Below are positions 45,622 through 54,396 of a stretch of 59,702 nucleotides of DNA, in pieces. The notes below the pieces were generated by a model. It searched no databases, had not been told where the DNA came from, and saw only the letters and a list, made by a program, of their open reading frames with translations. Within the stretch, counting starts at the first letter, position 1, and each line of letters begins with the position of its first letter. Position numbers and translations under genes: made by a program. Source of the stretch: a virus (lineage: Duplodnaviria; Caudoviricetes); the IMG/VR virus record IMGVR_UViG_3300020398_000001, positions 1-59,702 of that record; one strand, given 5' to 3'.

Positions 45622-46035
45622 TTATTTCTCCAAAAAATTACATTCATCTTTCAACATTCCCCAGACTAAAGCATTTTCGTTATCGGCGAAATACTGTCTT
45701 AAACACCCTTCCCGTTTGAATCCCCATTGCCCTGCGAGCTTGACTGCTTTTTCATTTCCTTCTCTACAAATTGCTGAGACACGGATAACATTCTTACGCT
45801 TGAACGGATATTCGGAAATAAATCGCAAATATTGGCGCTGACACCAACTTGAGTCCCTGATGGCAATGTGAGCTTGGATGTCCCGTCCAGTGTATCCTGT
45901 GAAGATAACCCCACCGGCCATTCTCCCGTCGACAAGAAATCCATATCCTTCTGCGTCATCCCAAATTTTAGAGAGTTGATTTTGATGGGCGACCCAGTGT
46001 GCAATTTGTTTTTCATTACTTATTACTTCAATCAC
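45622..46035 (-). CDS. GNAT-family acetyltransferase
   Basis: RVSAICREGNEKAVKLAGQWGFKREGCLRQY. Confidence 0.8.
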   Translation of the reverse strand: MIEVISNEKQIAHWVAHQNQLSKIWDDAEGYGFLVDGRMAGGVIFTGYTGRDIQAHIAIRDSSWCQRQYLRFISEYPFKRKNVIRVSAICREGNEKAVKLAGQWGFKREGCLRQYFADNENALVWGMLKDECNFLEK

Positions 46036-47597
46036 GAACTAATTACCGAAATTGCCAGAGAGACTTCTAGGGTGTTACCTGAAGCATTGTTGGTCACCGT
46101 GTATCCCACAGACTTTGAGGCCGTAGTCCCGTCGATTTCAATCGGTGTCCCAAGTGTAATTTCATTTGGTGTACTGGATACAGAATGTATTGTGCCTACG
46201 TCTACGCCACCTACCCTTACTGTGACAGAACATGTCCCAGACGTCAGACGGAGCGCTACTCCGTCTATGCGTATTTTCTGCTTCCAGATACGGGTGATGT
46301 CTGTTGATGCATTAGCCACTGTAACAATTGTGCTGTACAGGGTATCGGTTGATAAGACAGTCGGAAGCTGTGTGAATGGCAGTCGTCCTGTACTATCTAA
46401 TTGGGCAACTCCATTCGCCGCTCCCTTTTGGGTAACCGGGATGACAGAAGATAAATCTACACTTGAGTATTCAAGTGCTGTTCCTGTTGCGTTTACCCGA
46501 ACGAATTGAGACGCGTCTGAGGATGAGAAAGTAGGCAAACTACTTTCTGGCGACGTCCGTAGAAACTGAGTGCCGTCGTAGAATTTTAATTGATTTGGTG
46601 ACTGACTTGTATCTAACCACAGGTCGCCACTGGCGGGCGCAGAGGGGGTGGTGCCAGACACAGTAATTTTTGTGGCGGTGGACAGGATTGTAACCAAGCC
46701 ATCTATTTTTGCTTGGGCAATGTCTGCATCAGCAATTTGTAATTTACTAAAGGGGATTTTCCCAGTTGCAGTATCGGTAAATCCGCTTTCCAGCATCAGC
46801 CCTGTAACTGCCTGACTGCTAATATTCTCTACGGTAATGATGGATACAAGGTTCCCGGCTGCGACATTGGTATTAAACTGTACCGTATTTGACGCCGGGA
46901 TCAGAGTGTAGTCATTGGTGCCGCCCTCTCTTTGAAGGAGGCCGTTCTTGTAAACCAGAAGTTTCGTATCTTCGTCAAAAGTAAACGGGAAATTCAGCTG
47001 GCCTGCGCCAGTAGTAAGAGTGTCAGTTCGTGTGAATCCTGTGATTGATGTAGTTCTGACTTTGACAATGGTAACAACTTGGCCTGTGGTCAGACCTGAG
47101 TTGAAAGTAACTGCGCCTGTACTTGTCGAGCCAGCGGTGGGACTTGATGTGTAGTCGTTAGACCCACCTTCTTGTTTTAAAACTCCATCTACCCATACGA
47201 GCAAGCTATCGGTAGAGACGTGAGCGTAATCGAAAACTGTTTGGGCAGAGGTTGCTGCAACATCTTGGCGTGTATGGAAAATAGGTGCCCCTATTTCACC
47301 CACTACAGTACCATCTGCACCCTTTAATGATGCAAGCGAAGCAAGGGTAATCCATCCAGTATCATCATCGGCATATGTCCCGACTCTGTACTGTAGGCCC
47401 TCTGAGCTATCGTTTCTTATTTCTATCGGCCCTACGAAGGTGCCTGTAGAATCAAATAAGATAGACAGCAATTCACCAACCGTCTTATCGCCCAGTTCGC
47501 TGGCATTAAGATAGCGGACGACATTTTCAAATTCGGCGTTAATGTTGCCGGAACTGCCGTAGTTCTGTGGATTCTGTTGTCGTAATCTTGCCATCAC
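46032..47597 (-). CDS. Tail protein/fibre
   Basis: NINAEFENVV anchor; two V(W/Y)xxGxLxxEGGxNDYT repeats; SGDLWLDT; KGAANGVAQLD. Confidence 0.75.
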   Translation of the reverse strand: MMARLRQQNPQNYGSSGNINAEFENVVRYLNASELGDKTVGELLSILFDSTGTFVGPIEIRNDSSEGLQYRVGTYADDDTGWITLASLASLKGADGTVVGEIGAPIFHTRQDVAATSAQTVFDYAHVSTDSLLVWVDGVLKQEGGSNDYTSSPTAGSTSTGAVTFNSGLTTGQVVTIVKVRTTSITGFTRTDTLTTGAGQLNFPFTFDEDTKLLVYKNGLLQREGGTNDYTLIPASNTVQFNTNVAAGNLVSIITVENISSQAVTGLMLESGFTDTATGKIPFSKLQIADADIAQAKIDGLVTILSTATKITVSGTTPSAPASGDLWLDTSQSPNQLKFYDGTQFLRTSPESSLPTFSSSDASQFVRVNATGTALEYSSVDLSSVIPVTQKGAANGVAQLDSTGRLPFTQLPTVLSTDTLYSTIVTVANASTDITRIWKQKIRIDGVALRLTSGTCSVTVRVGGVDVGTIHSVSSTPNEITLGTPIEIDGTTASKSVGYTVTNNASGNTLEVSLAISVISS

Positions 47598-49100
47598 CTA
47601 TTCCTTCAAAACAACAGCGAAGCCCATGATTCTAAACACTCCTGAACCACCTGAAATTTTCAGGCGATACTGAGCGCCCCTGTACCTAGTTTCCCACTTC
47701 CGTTCATACTGGTGTGAAAGTGGCACATCAATGAAACGGTTGTCGTCCGTGTCATCAACCTCAAAATTCAAAGCACCAAGTTCTCTGCCGGTCTCGTCTA
47801 CGGCAGTCAGATCAATGATGCCAGTTCCAGACACCTGCAAAACAACCGAATGAGTCTGCTTGATATGGTTGAAGTCCCCATGCCACAGCATGGGGGTGAC
47901 TATGTCTACATCAGGTGTGTATCCTAGAACAGACTCAACTCTATGGACCGTGTAATTGCCACCCGGAGTTCCGACAACAAGCTCTCCGCCCAGAAACGAC
48001 CCGCAACGAGCATTCAGAAAATCTCCTGATGACCATTTTGGTTGAGGGTCAGCGCCTTCGGGGTTGGTACTTAATGTAAGTCTCTTGGCTATTTCGTCTC
48101 CCGGTTGGGGGAAGAAAATATGGTATTGGGCAGTATCCTGATCCCACACGGCTGTAATTGTCTCTGGGTCTATGACGGAATTGAAATACTCACGGTAGAG
48201 AAGATCTACCTTGTCTGACATAGAGACACTGAACACCAGAATTCCGTTGTCTTGGCTCCTGCGAATTGAATGTACGCCTGACCTTGAGCAGAAAATCACA
48301 TCGGTCCCGGCCTGAACTATCGTGTTGTGACTGCTACAGCCGATGTTGATTGTTGTGCGTTCGTCAATTGTCCAGAGGGTGATATCAGGGTCTATCTGGT
48401 ACATTAGCGCCCTGTCAGACGTGAAGATTATGACTCTGTTTTGCTCAAACGGTGAAATGCCGGTAATTTGGTCAGCTGTTCCTAGCTGATTTGCTATGTC
48501 TATATAACCCGCCCTCAAGACGTCGGTGCTGGTATTGTCTTCGTCGTCTGGGAAAATCTCTGATTGGTCTACCCTGCTAAAGTGAACCTGAGTCTCCCTG
48601 CCGGGGATACCAGCTACAGCCAGCCTCCTTTGAACAGGAACACCCAATGCCGGGTTGAGTTTGTTTAAGGCTGGAGATTCATTTGCCTGCCATGAAATGC
48701 CATCATATCTGTAAGACGTGAGGGCGCGGGCAAAGAAGTGGACATTCTGATTGAAAACTGTGCTGCTTACACAGGCATTTGTTGGATAGGCGTCGACCAA
48801 AGAATGATCTCTGTCTGAATTAAAGGTAATGCCTGACCCGGTTCTTTCAGCCCAAGACACCTCCCCCATTCCGAAATGCCTGACGTGGATTACTTTGTAG
48901 TCACCACTTCTATACGATGCGCTTGGATCTCTGACAATCTGGCCTCGCCAATCACAAAAAGCGTTCTCTAGGGTACTTAGAGGTTGCTCTGCTTTTATGT
49001 CTTGGCTTGTTAAATCCCTAGACGAATCAAGCCCTTGAAAATTTTCATAGGCGACAATCGTGGTTTTAACACCATGTGGAGATTTAGGCGTACTTGCCAT
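47598..49100 (-). CDS. Tail nozzle/tubular protein B-like (beta-propeller)
   Basis: FQGLD N-terminus; IGCSSHNTI; VIFCSRSGV; position. Confidence 0.75.
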   Translation of the reverse strand: MASTPKSPHGVKTTIVAYENFQGLDSSRDLTSQDIKAEQPLSTLENAFCDWRGQIVRDPSASYRSGDYKVIHVRHFGMGEVSWAERTGSGITFNSDRDHSLVDAYPTNACVSSTVFNQNVHFFARALTSYRYDGISWQANESPALNKLNPALGVPVQRRLAVAGIPGRETQVHFSRVDQSEIFPDDEDNTSTDVLRAGYIDIANQLGTADQITGISPFEQNRVIIFTSDRALMYQIDPDITLWTIDERTTINIGCSSHNTIVQAGTDVIFCSRSGVHSIRRSQDNGILVFSVSMSDKVDLLYREYFNSVIDPETITAVWDQDTAQYHIFFPQPGDEIAKRLTLSTNPEGADPQPKWSSGDFLNARCGSFLGGELVVGTPGGNYTVHRVESVLGYTPDVDIVTPMLWHGDFNHIKQTHSVVLQVSGTGIIDLTAVDETGRELGALNFEVDDTDDNRFIDVPLSHQYERKWETRYRGAQYRLKISGGSGVFRIMGFAVVLKE

Positions 49101-49699
49101 TAGCTACTCGCAGATTTTTCGTATGCCAGTCCGTTGTATGTACTTGTCTTGTCGCTGAAGTTCCTTTTGTTTGTGCCGTCGTCCACGATCCTAAGACGAA
49201 TTTTTGTATTACCATTTAATTCATTCCAGAGATGTCGATTTAGTTGCTGGTGGTACATCGGAGCATAGATCTGCATCTTGTCAGACCCCTGTTGAATTGC
49301 GTAATGATACAAAAGTCCACACCTGATAATGCTGTCATTGATTGGGCGCGCGTCATGGACTGACTCGTAGTAATCCAAAACCGGGTATCCGGTGTAATAT
49401 GTGTGCTGACGTATGTCGTCTACAATATAGTTAGCGAATTCAATGAACATGCTGAGAACGGCACCATCTGTGGTGCCGGGACTAAAGTCCCCAAACTGGC
49501 GTAAAGCCTGCAAGGCCAGAGTCTCAAGGGGCGAATGGCCCTGCCTTATGTGGGGATTCTGCGTTGATTCTCCGGGGTCCGTCTTAGAAAGAACACGGCT
49601 GTCGGATGTGTGTGTGGCGCCAGTCTGTGTGTGGCCATCATATGTGTGGTAAGGGCCAGCCCAGACTTCGCCTGTGGAGAGATAGTATGTTGTAGCCAT
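49100..49699 (-). CDS. Head-tail adaptor/tubular protein A-like
   Basis: Position and size; ALRQFG...GLLYHY. Confidence 0.6.
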   Translation of the reverse strand: MATTYYLSTGEVWAGPYHTYDGHTQTGATHTSDSRVLSKTDPGESTQNPHIRQGHSPLETLALQALRQFGDFSPGTTDGAVLSMFIEFANYIVDDIRQHTYYTGYPVLDYYESVHDARPINDSIIRCGLLYHYAIQQGSDKMQIYAPMYHQQLNRHLWNELNGNTKIRLRIVDDGTNKRNFSDKTSTYNGLAYEKSASS

Positions 49700-49944
49700 T
49701 AGTATTTCCTAACAATACGTCCAATGGTGAGGAAATGATGACGCTCAAATCTTGCTGCATCCTCATCTTCTACTTCCCATTCAAGCCTGCCGCTAGCGAA
49801 ATTCCGAGTCGGACGAATCCCCGCGCAATCAAACATCGCCGGTTCTTTTTCCCTGCTTTCGTAATGACGATAAGTAACTTCTGCTGGAGCAGGGAGTTCT
49901 GTTATTTCGATTACGTCTTCCTCAATTTTCATATCCGTCTCCAT
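49699..49944 (-). CDS. Hypothetical virion-associated protein
   Basis: Directly after the capsid gene. Confidence 0.7.
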   Translation of the reverse strand: METDMKIEEDVIEITELPAPAEVTYRHYESREKEPAMFDCAGIRPTRNFASGRLEWEVEDEDAARFERHHFLTIGRIVRKY

Positions 49945-49971
49945 GTCAATTGGGGGGCATGTAAGCCCCCC

Positions 49972-50003
49972 AATCTAAATAGGAATAACCAAGTTGGTCG
50001 TCC
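49972..50003 (-). promoter_or_regulatory. Putative late promoter GGACGAC-N19-TAGATT, followed by hairpin 49950-49973
   Basis: Intergenic motif copy. Confidence 0.6.
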
Positions 50004-50006
50004 CTG

Positions 50007-51185
50007 TTAGGTGTTGGTCGCCCAATTCTTAATATAGCTGTGAACCTTGTCTTGGATAAGCTCCAAACCGCATTCGGTAAGGTACTCATGGGTCACACTA
50101 TCTGCACCGGGTGACTGACGATTTTCCAGAAGTGTCGTATCACGACCTTGGAGGTAGCGATAGGAAATATATGGAAAATCTATAATTACCACAGACTGCT
50201 TCATATTCGGAATCTGACGGAATTGCGGGTGCAAATGCACTAGCAAGTCGCCAGCAAACGTCTGATACCGAGTGAAGTTGACTCCATAAGAGCCTTCTAC
50301 CGACGTCGGTGACCATCGGTTCTTACCGAATTCCTGAAGATGATGGGCTATAGTCTCGCCGACAAACGCAATCTTCTGGGTGCTACCAAATTTAAAGACT
50401 GTGCTTATCAACTGCTCATCAAATTGCGTCTCAGACATTGAACCATCGCCATCAATATCGCTATCGCAATCAATGACATTGCTCAATTGAGTAGTAAGAC
50501 CACCTGTATAACGAGTCGGCTGGGCAGTCGAACCTGAAGCCTCATGTTTCTTGCCAAAGAACATGGCCCTTTCGATGTCGCTCATGTGGAGCTTCAACGC
50601 TTTGGTCATGGCCTCGTCTTCTTTATCTCCAGTGCGGAGGTAAGTCGAGCGCAAGGTGTTTGAGACACTGAACGCAGTACGGAAAATCTGCGTGTAATTC
50701 GATGCCACTGTGGCGTCGAATGTAATCGCAGTCGGCGTAGATGCCCCTTCAGCTGCCGCGAAGCCTGCTACAAACAGATCATCGTTATCGGTAATAGTGA
50801 AGGTAGTACCGCCGATATTCCGGGTTACTACAAGGTTAGTGCTAGTAGTATCGGCGGTAACATGCATTACCTCTCCGGTATTACTATTAACTACAATCGC
50901 CCCTGTGATGGCATACTTATTGTCATCAGCAGCGTCGATTACAACCGTTGTGGCACTGGCATTGTAGCCACCGCCGTTGTTAATTTTCATCTTCCGATCA
51001 GGTAGTTCGTCCCTGAAGTTCTTGTACTCTGGATCGTCTGTGCTTTCAGACGAACCCATAGCCAAGAGCGCGTTCAGAGGCGCATTGCCATTCGGCTCTA
51101 AGAGAGTGAATAACTCTCTGTAATTCTTCGGGCGAAAATCTACCGAAAACTCGCCAGTTCCCCGAAGTCCTTGGACAGCAGCCAT
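50007..51185 (-). CDS. Major capsid protein (HK97 fold, DUF5309/SU10-like), 392 aa
   Basis: NYTQIFRTAFSVSNT, DIERAMFFG, RYTGGL, YLTECGLE; SD AAGGAG before ATG 51185. Confidence 0.9.
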   Translation of the reverse strand: MAAVQGLRGTGEFSVDFRPKNYRELFTLLEPNGNAPLNALLAMGSSESTDDPEYKNFRDELPDRKMKINNGGGYNASATTVVIDAADDNKYAITGAIVVNSNTGEVMHVTADTTSTNLVVTRNIGGTTFTITDNDDLFVAGFAAAEGASTPTAITFDATVASNYTQIFRTAFSVSNTLRSTYLRTGDKEDEAMTKALKLHMSDIERAMFFGKKHEASGSTAQPTRYTGGLTTQLSNVIDCDSDIDGDGSMSETQFDEQLISTVFKFGSTQKIAFVGETIAHHLQEFGKNRWSPTSVEGSYGVNFTRYQTFAGDLLVHLHPQFRQIPNMKQSVVIIDFPYISYRYLQGRDTTLLENRQSPGADSVTHEYLTECGLELIQDKVHSYIKNWATNT

Positions 51186-51221
51186 GAGATGTACTCCTTT
51201 TCTGGCTGAAATGGACAATAG

Positions 51222-51325
51222 GGTCGCTTGAGCATTAGCGGAATGACCATCGCTATAGCATCGTAGCGGCTATAAATTCTGGCCGTAGCGAGAATTCAAA
51301 TCTGACCGAGCCTTGGCGCGGACAG
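51222..51325 (-). promoter_or_regulatory. Capsid leader with 3-4 hairpins sharing a CGCYA... loop
   Basis: Loops CGCCAAGGCT, CGCTACGGCC, CGCTACGAT, CGCTAATGCT. Confidence 0.6.
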
Positions 51326-51329
51326 TCAC

Positions 51330-51360
51330 ATACTAGGGAAAACTAATTTTCCCGTCGTCC
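51330..51360 (-). promoter_or_regulatory. Putative late promoter GGACGAC-N18-TAGTAT for the capsid gene
   Basis: Intergenic; near-consensus -10. Confidence 0.75.
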
Positions 51361-51363
51361 TTA

Positions 51364-52449
51364 TTAAGAGATGCCTTTAGACTGCATAATCTTAGAGGAT
51401 ATATCTGCAAATCTTGTATCTGCCGGTGACTCTGCTGCACCCTGTTGTGCTGTCGGGGTGCTACCAAGGCCACCAGTGTATGCAAGACGTTTTTCAGTCA
51501 TTGCCCTGAGGCTATCGTAATTCTGTCCTTTGATATCCCGGTCAAACGACTGCATGAATTGCAGCGCTTGATCTGCGTCTACAAAATCATCCAGTGTTAG
51601 TCCCATCTGTCCCATCCAAGTTTCAAACTGGGGAGCAGCTTCACCGGGGATATTGAGCGCCTGTTGTGCGCGGTCAATATTATTGGCGATTGATTGGCGT
51701 CTATTTGCATCAGCGGTGCCAGCCACATTTGCGCCCTGCGCCTTCATGGCATCAGCTGCACCTGCGACCTGAGGCATAATTTGCTGTAAGGCTCCCTCAA
51801 TACGATCCATTCTTGAATTAACGCTATTCATATTGCCATTGACACTAAGAAGCTCTTCGACCCCAGATGGCAATTCGTCTAACGCATTTCTCTCAGCCCA
51901 ATCCTTTAATGCAGAACCAACATCCTGATTTGATTTTTGTGGGGTTTCGTCTCTTGACGGGTCCTGAGGCGCCTTTTGTTCAGTATTGCCAAAGGTGGGG
52001 TTAGATTGAAAAGCCTTGGAAATAGCTTCTGCTGTTTGGTCGATAGTCATCTCAGGGTTCTGTCTCATGTACCCTTCAAGCACTTTAGCAATCGGCTTCA
52101 TTACGGCGTTCTGATGATTTAAGGCACCATAACGATCCAATGTCCCTTTTAATTGCTGCTCCGTGTAATCACGCCCATCAACTTTGATAGCCTTATATTC
52201 AATTGCCTCTTTCTGCGCGTTGTCAGCCTCAGTCTCAGGTGACCCCTGCTTGGCTGCGGTGTCTTGGGCAGTTTCCATCGCCGGGGCTGTTTCCTGTGGA
52301 GCAGGCGGTGGCGGAGGCGGCATAGCGGCTGCTGGCGGCACCACGGGCGGGACTGCTCCCTGCGCTGGTGCGGCTGCTGGTGGTAATCCCAGCTGATTGC
52401 CGGAAATCCTGTCTACTGTTGATGACATATCTCTTGGGTCTAAAGCCAT
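51364..52449 (-). CDS. Scaffold protein
   Basis: Upstream of capsid; Pro/Ala-rich N-terminus; IKVDG motif; coiled coil. Confidence 0.8.
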   Translation of the reverse strand: MALDPRDMSSTVDRISGNQLGLPPAAAPAQGAVPPVVPPAAAMPPPPPPAPQETAPAMETAQDTAAKQGSPETEADNAQKEAIEYKAIKVDGRDYTEQQLKGTLDRYGALNHQNAVMKPIAKVLEGYMRQNPEMTIDQTAEAISKAFQSNPTFGNTEQKAPQDPSRDETPQKSNQDVGSALKDWAERNALDELPSGVEELLSVNGNMNSVNSRMDRIEGALQQIMPQVAGAADAMKAQGANVAGTADANRRQSIANNIDRAQQALNIPGEAAPQFETWMGQMGLTLDDFVDADQALQFMQSFDRDIKGQNYDSLRAMTEKRLAYTGGLGSTPTAQQGAAESPADTRFADISSKIMQSKGIS

Positions 52450-52460
52450 TTTTATCTCCT

Positions 52461-52478
52461 TCCCGGCCGTAGCGGGGA
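52461..52478 (-). promoter_or_regulatory. Hairpin TCCC-CGCTACGGCC-GGGA abutting the scaffold SD
   Basis: Same loop as in the capsid leader; overlaps AAGGAG. Confidence 0.55.
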
Positions 52479-52772
52479 TTAAGAATCAGTGTGAATTACA
52501 TCTTGAATATTTGATTTAATCTTGTCGTCCTCGCCGGACAAGGCAATTTCATTCTCTAGCTTTACCCTAAGACGAGAAGGTAAATCCAGTAATTGCTTCG
52601 CGGCGAAGATAGCTCCCCGCCGAAAGTTAATCTGATCTAACGTCATATCGGAAGTTTCAGCAATGGACATTGCCAGCTTAACGACTTCTTCGTCCATAAC
52701 GACTTTGATATAGTGCCAGCCGCGGTTCTTCTCAAGCTGGTCTAGCGCCCCAAGCGCAGCCTTTGGAGTCAA
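52479..52772 (-). CDS. Small head-module protein (Bbp19-like position)
   Basis: GW...INFRRGAIFA...LP pattern; precedes scaffold. Confidence 0.7.
   Translation of the reverse strand: MTPKAALGALDQLEKNRGWHYIKVVMDEEVVKLAMSIAETSDMTLDQINFRRGAIFAAKQLLDLPSRLRVKLENEIALSGEDDKIKSNIQDVIHTDS
52500..52530 (-). promoter_or_regulatory. Putative late promoter GGACGAC-N18-CAAGAT for the scaffold gene
   Basis: Motif copy at the end of the upstream gene. Confidence 0.5.
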
Positions 52773-52873
52773 CGTCTTGGTTGCTTTTTACCACGTCTTA
52801 CAATTGCTTTCCCAGCAATTACCGGCTTGAATGCGGGTTCTTTCCCCTTTTCCGTGGGAACGCGTACCGTCAT
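52769..52873 (-). CDS. Small basic peptide (34 aa, MTVRVPTEKG...)
   Basis: Fills the gap; TTGA overlap with the next start. Confidence 0.45.
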   Translation of the reverse strand: MTVRVPTEKGKEPAFKPVIAGKAIVRRGKKQPRR

Positions 52874-52893
52874 CTCCGTGAGATTAACCTTTT

Positions 52894-53160
52894 TCATTTA
52901 TCAACTCCAAGTTTTGCATAAACGCCTACTGCTAATATTACCAGTATTGCTGTTGTAATCATACGAACAACTGTCTGGCCCATCGTTTTTTTTGCCCCCC
53001 TCCATGCATCAAGCAAATTACGAAGCTCTCGCACGTCTTGACCGGCATTTTTATCTGACAATCCTATTTCCTTTAGTGCGGCTCTAGCACCTTTAGCGGT
53101 CGCCTCTTCGACTAATTTTCGAAGACCTTCGTCAGTTAGATGGATTACTTTATTGTCCAT
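52894..53160 (-). CDS. DUF6127-like membrane protein
   Basis: GARAALKEIGL...DVRELRNLLDAW...QTVVRMITT plus TM helix. Confidence 0.75.
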   Translation of the reverse strand: MDNKVIHLTDEGLRKLVEEATAKGARAALKEIGLSDKNAGQDVRELRNLLDAWRGAKKTMGQTVVRMITTAILVILAVGVYAKLGVDK

Positions 53161-53166
53161 GTGAGG

Positions 53167-53198
53167 ATTTTAGTTCAGGTTATTTATCCCTGTCGTCC
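53167..53198 (-). promoter_or_regulatory. Putative late promoter GGACGAC-N19-TAAAAT, leaderless
   Basis: -10 exactly 6 nt before ATG 53160; no SD. Confidence 0.7.
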
Positions 53199-53199
53199 A

Positions 53200-54396
53200 T
53201 CATAATTGCAGTACGGAATCAAAGGATTTGACTCCAAATACTTTCTCGCAGGCATGGCAATCCCAACATCTATTTTTACAGGTAGAGAGTATTTTACTTA
53301 AACTACGGCCCTTTTTTGTATGCCATATAGAGTTAAGTTCGTCTTCACTATGTTGCTGAGTATGGGATAAATTAGTCCACCCTTGAATCGCCCACCTATC
53401 CACTAAATATGGAGATAATTTTTTATTATATATTTCCTTAAAGGAATCTGCGTATTCAAGTGAGCGCGACAACAACCCGCTTTCTAAGTCTATCTTTTCT
53501 CCACCCTTCTCAAAACCTGACCAGCACATTCTGCCATTTGGATCGACACCTTGATTCTGCCCCAATCTACCGCTGAATTTAAAAACATCCACATTATCGA
53601 AGAAGTTATCCACAATTTCTCTGGTAGCCATTGATATATTAACACCCAGTCTAGGCAGCTGTTCCGAATGAGGCCATCTCCAGTGAGCGCAAGTCGTGGG
53701 GAAAGTTTGCCAGTAATTGGAATCTGTCTTGGAGAGGGGCGCCTGCCATATGTCATGCTCTTGTTTGAAGGGACAGCTTGGCATACATGACTCAGACGCA
53801 AGAAGCGATGTTTCTATATTTAGATTCTTAGTTGCCGTGCGAATTTCAGTCAGTAGATCAATATCTCTGTTAAGGGAGCGATCTAAAAGTATAGTTTTGT
53901 AGCCTAAGGCAGCGTAATCATATACTTCCTGCGTTGTTTTCACTAAATGGTTTACTGTATTCTTCCAATTCATTTCAGGGAATTCTGCCTGCAAAGCCCC
54001 CGTTCTCATTAGATGGGCCGAACTAATAGTGCAAATTCTTAAGCCTCTTTTATAATACTGTTTTATATAACTCAGCATTTGTTTTATGACATTAAGGTCA
54101 GAGGCTAGCTCCTTCCCCATATCCATAGAATTTAATGTCAGAGATATCTCTACACCAAATTCGTCTTGTATTTTAAAGAGATTGTCTACTTGCTTGGGAG
54201 ACGCAGTGACTCCCATAACTTCGCCGTATGTTTTTTGCTGGCCGTCGTGTTCGTAGACGAATTCTGCGCCGAAATATATATCGCGTACTTCGTCTTTGTA
54301 TTCCTGCTTTGAATTCTTAAATAAATTATAGAATAGGTCGTCTTCTGTATAACTATCCCAATGAGGGATAGAGAACTTTTTATTACAGTCTAACAC
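53200..54396 (-). CDS. Peptidase-U32-like (Fe-S TIM-barrel) protein
   Basis: LTLNS, ILLDRSLNRDIDLL, ESCMPSCP...H, FKFSGR, C-terminal CKNRCWDCHAC. Confidence 0.7.
   Translation of the reverse strand: MLDCNKKFSIPHWDSYTEDDLFYNLFKNSKQEYKDEVRDIYFGAEFVYEHDGQQKTYGEVMGVTASPKQVDNLFKIQDEFGVEISLTLNSMDMGKELASDLNVIKQMLSYIKQYYKRGLRICTISSAHLMRTGALQAEFPEMNWKNTVNHLVKTTQEVYDYAALGYKTILLDRSLNRDIDLLTEIRTATKNLNIETSLLASESCMPSCPFKQEHDIWQAPLSKTDSNYWQTFPTTCAHWRWPHSEQLPRLGVNISMATREIVDNFFDNVDVFKFSGRLGQNQGVDPNGRMCWSGFEKGGEKIDLESGLLSRSLEYADSFKEIYNKKLSPYLVDRWAIQGWTNLSHTQQHSEDELNSIWHTKKGRSLSKILSTCKNRCWDCHACEKVFGVKSFDSVLQL

Noticed and set aside
51186-51218. Longer capsid N-terminus (MSISARKGVHL) in the ORF track
   Set aside because: The SD AAGGAG supports ATG 51185; the upstream part belongs to the structured leader
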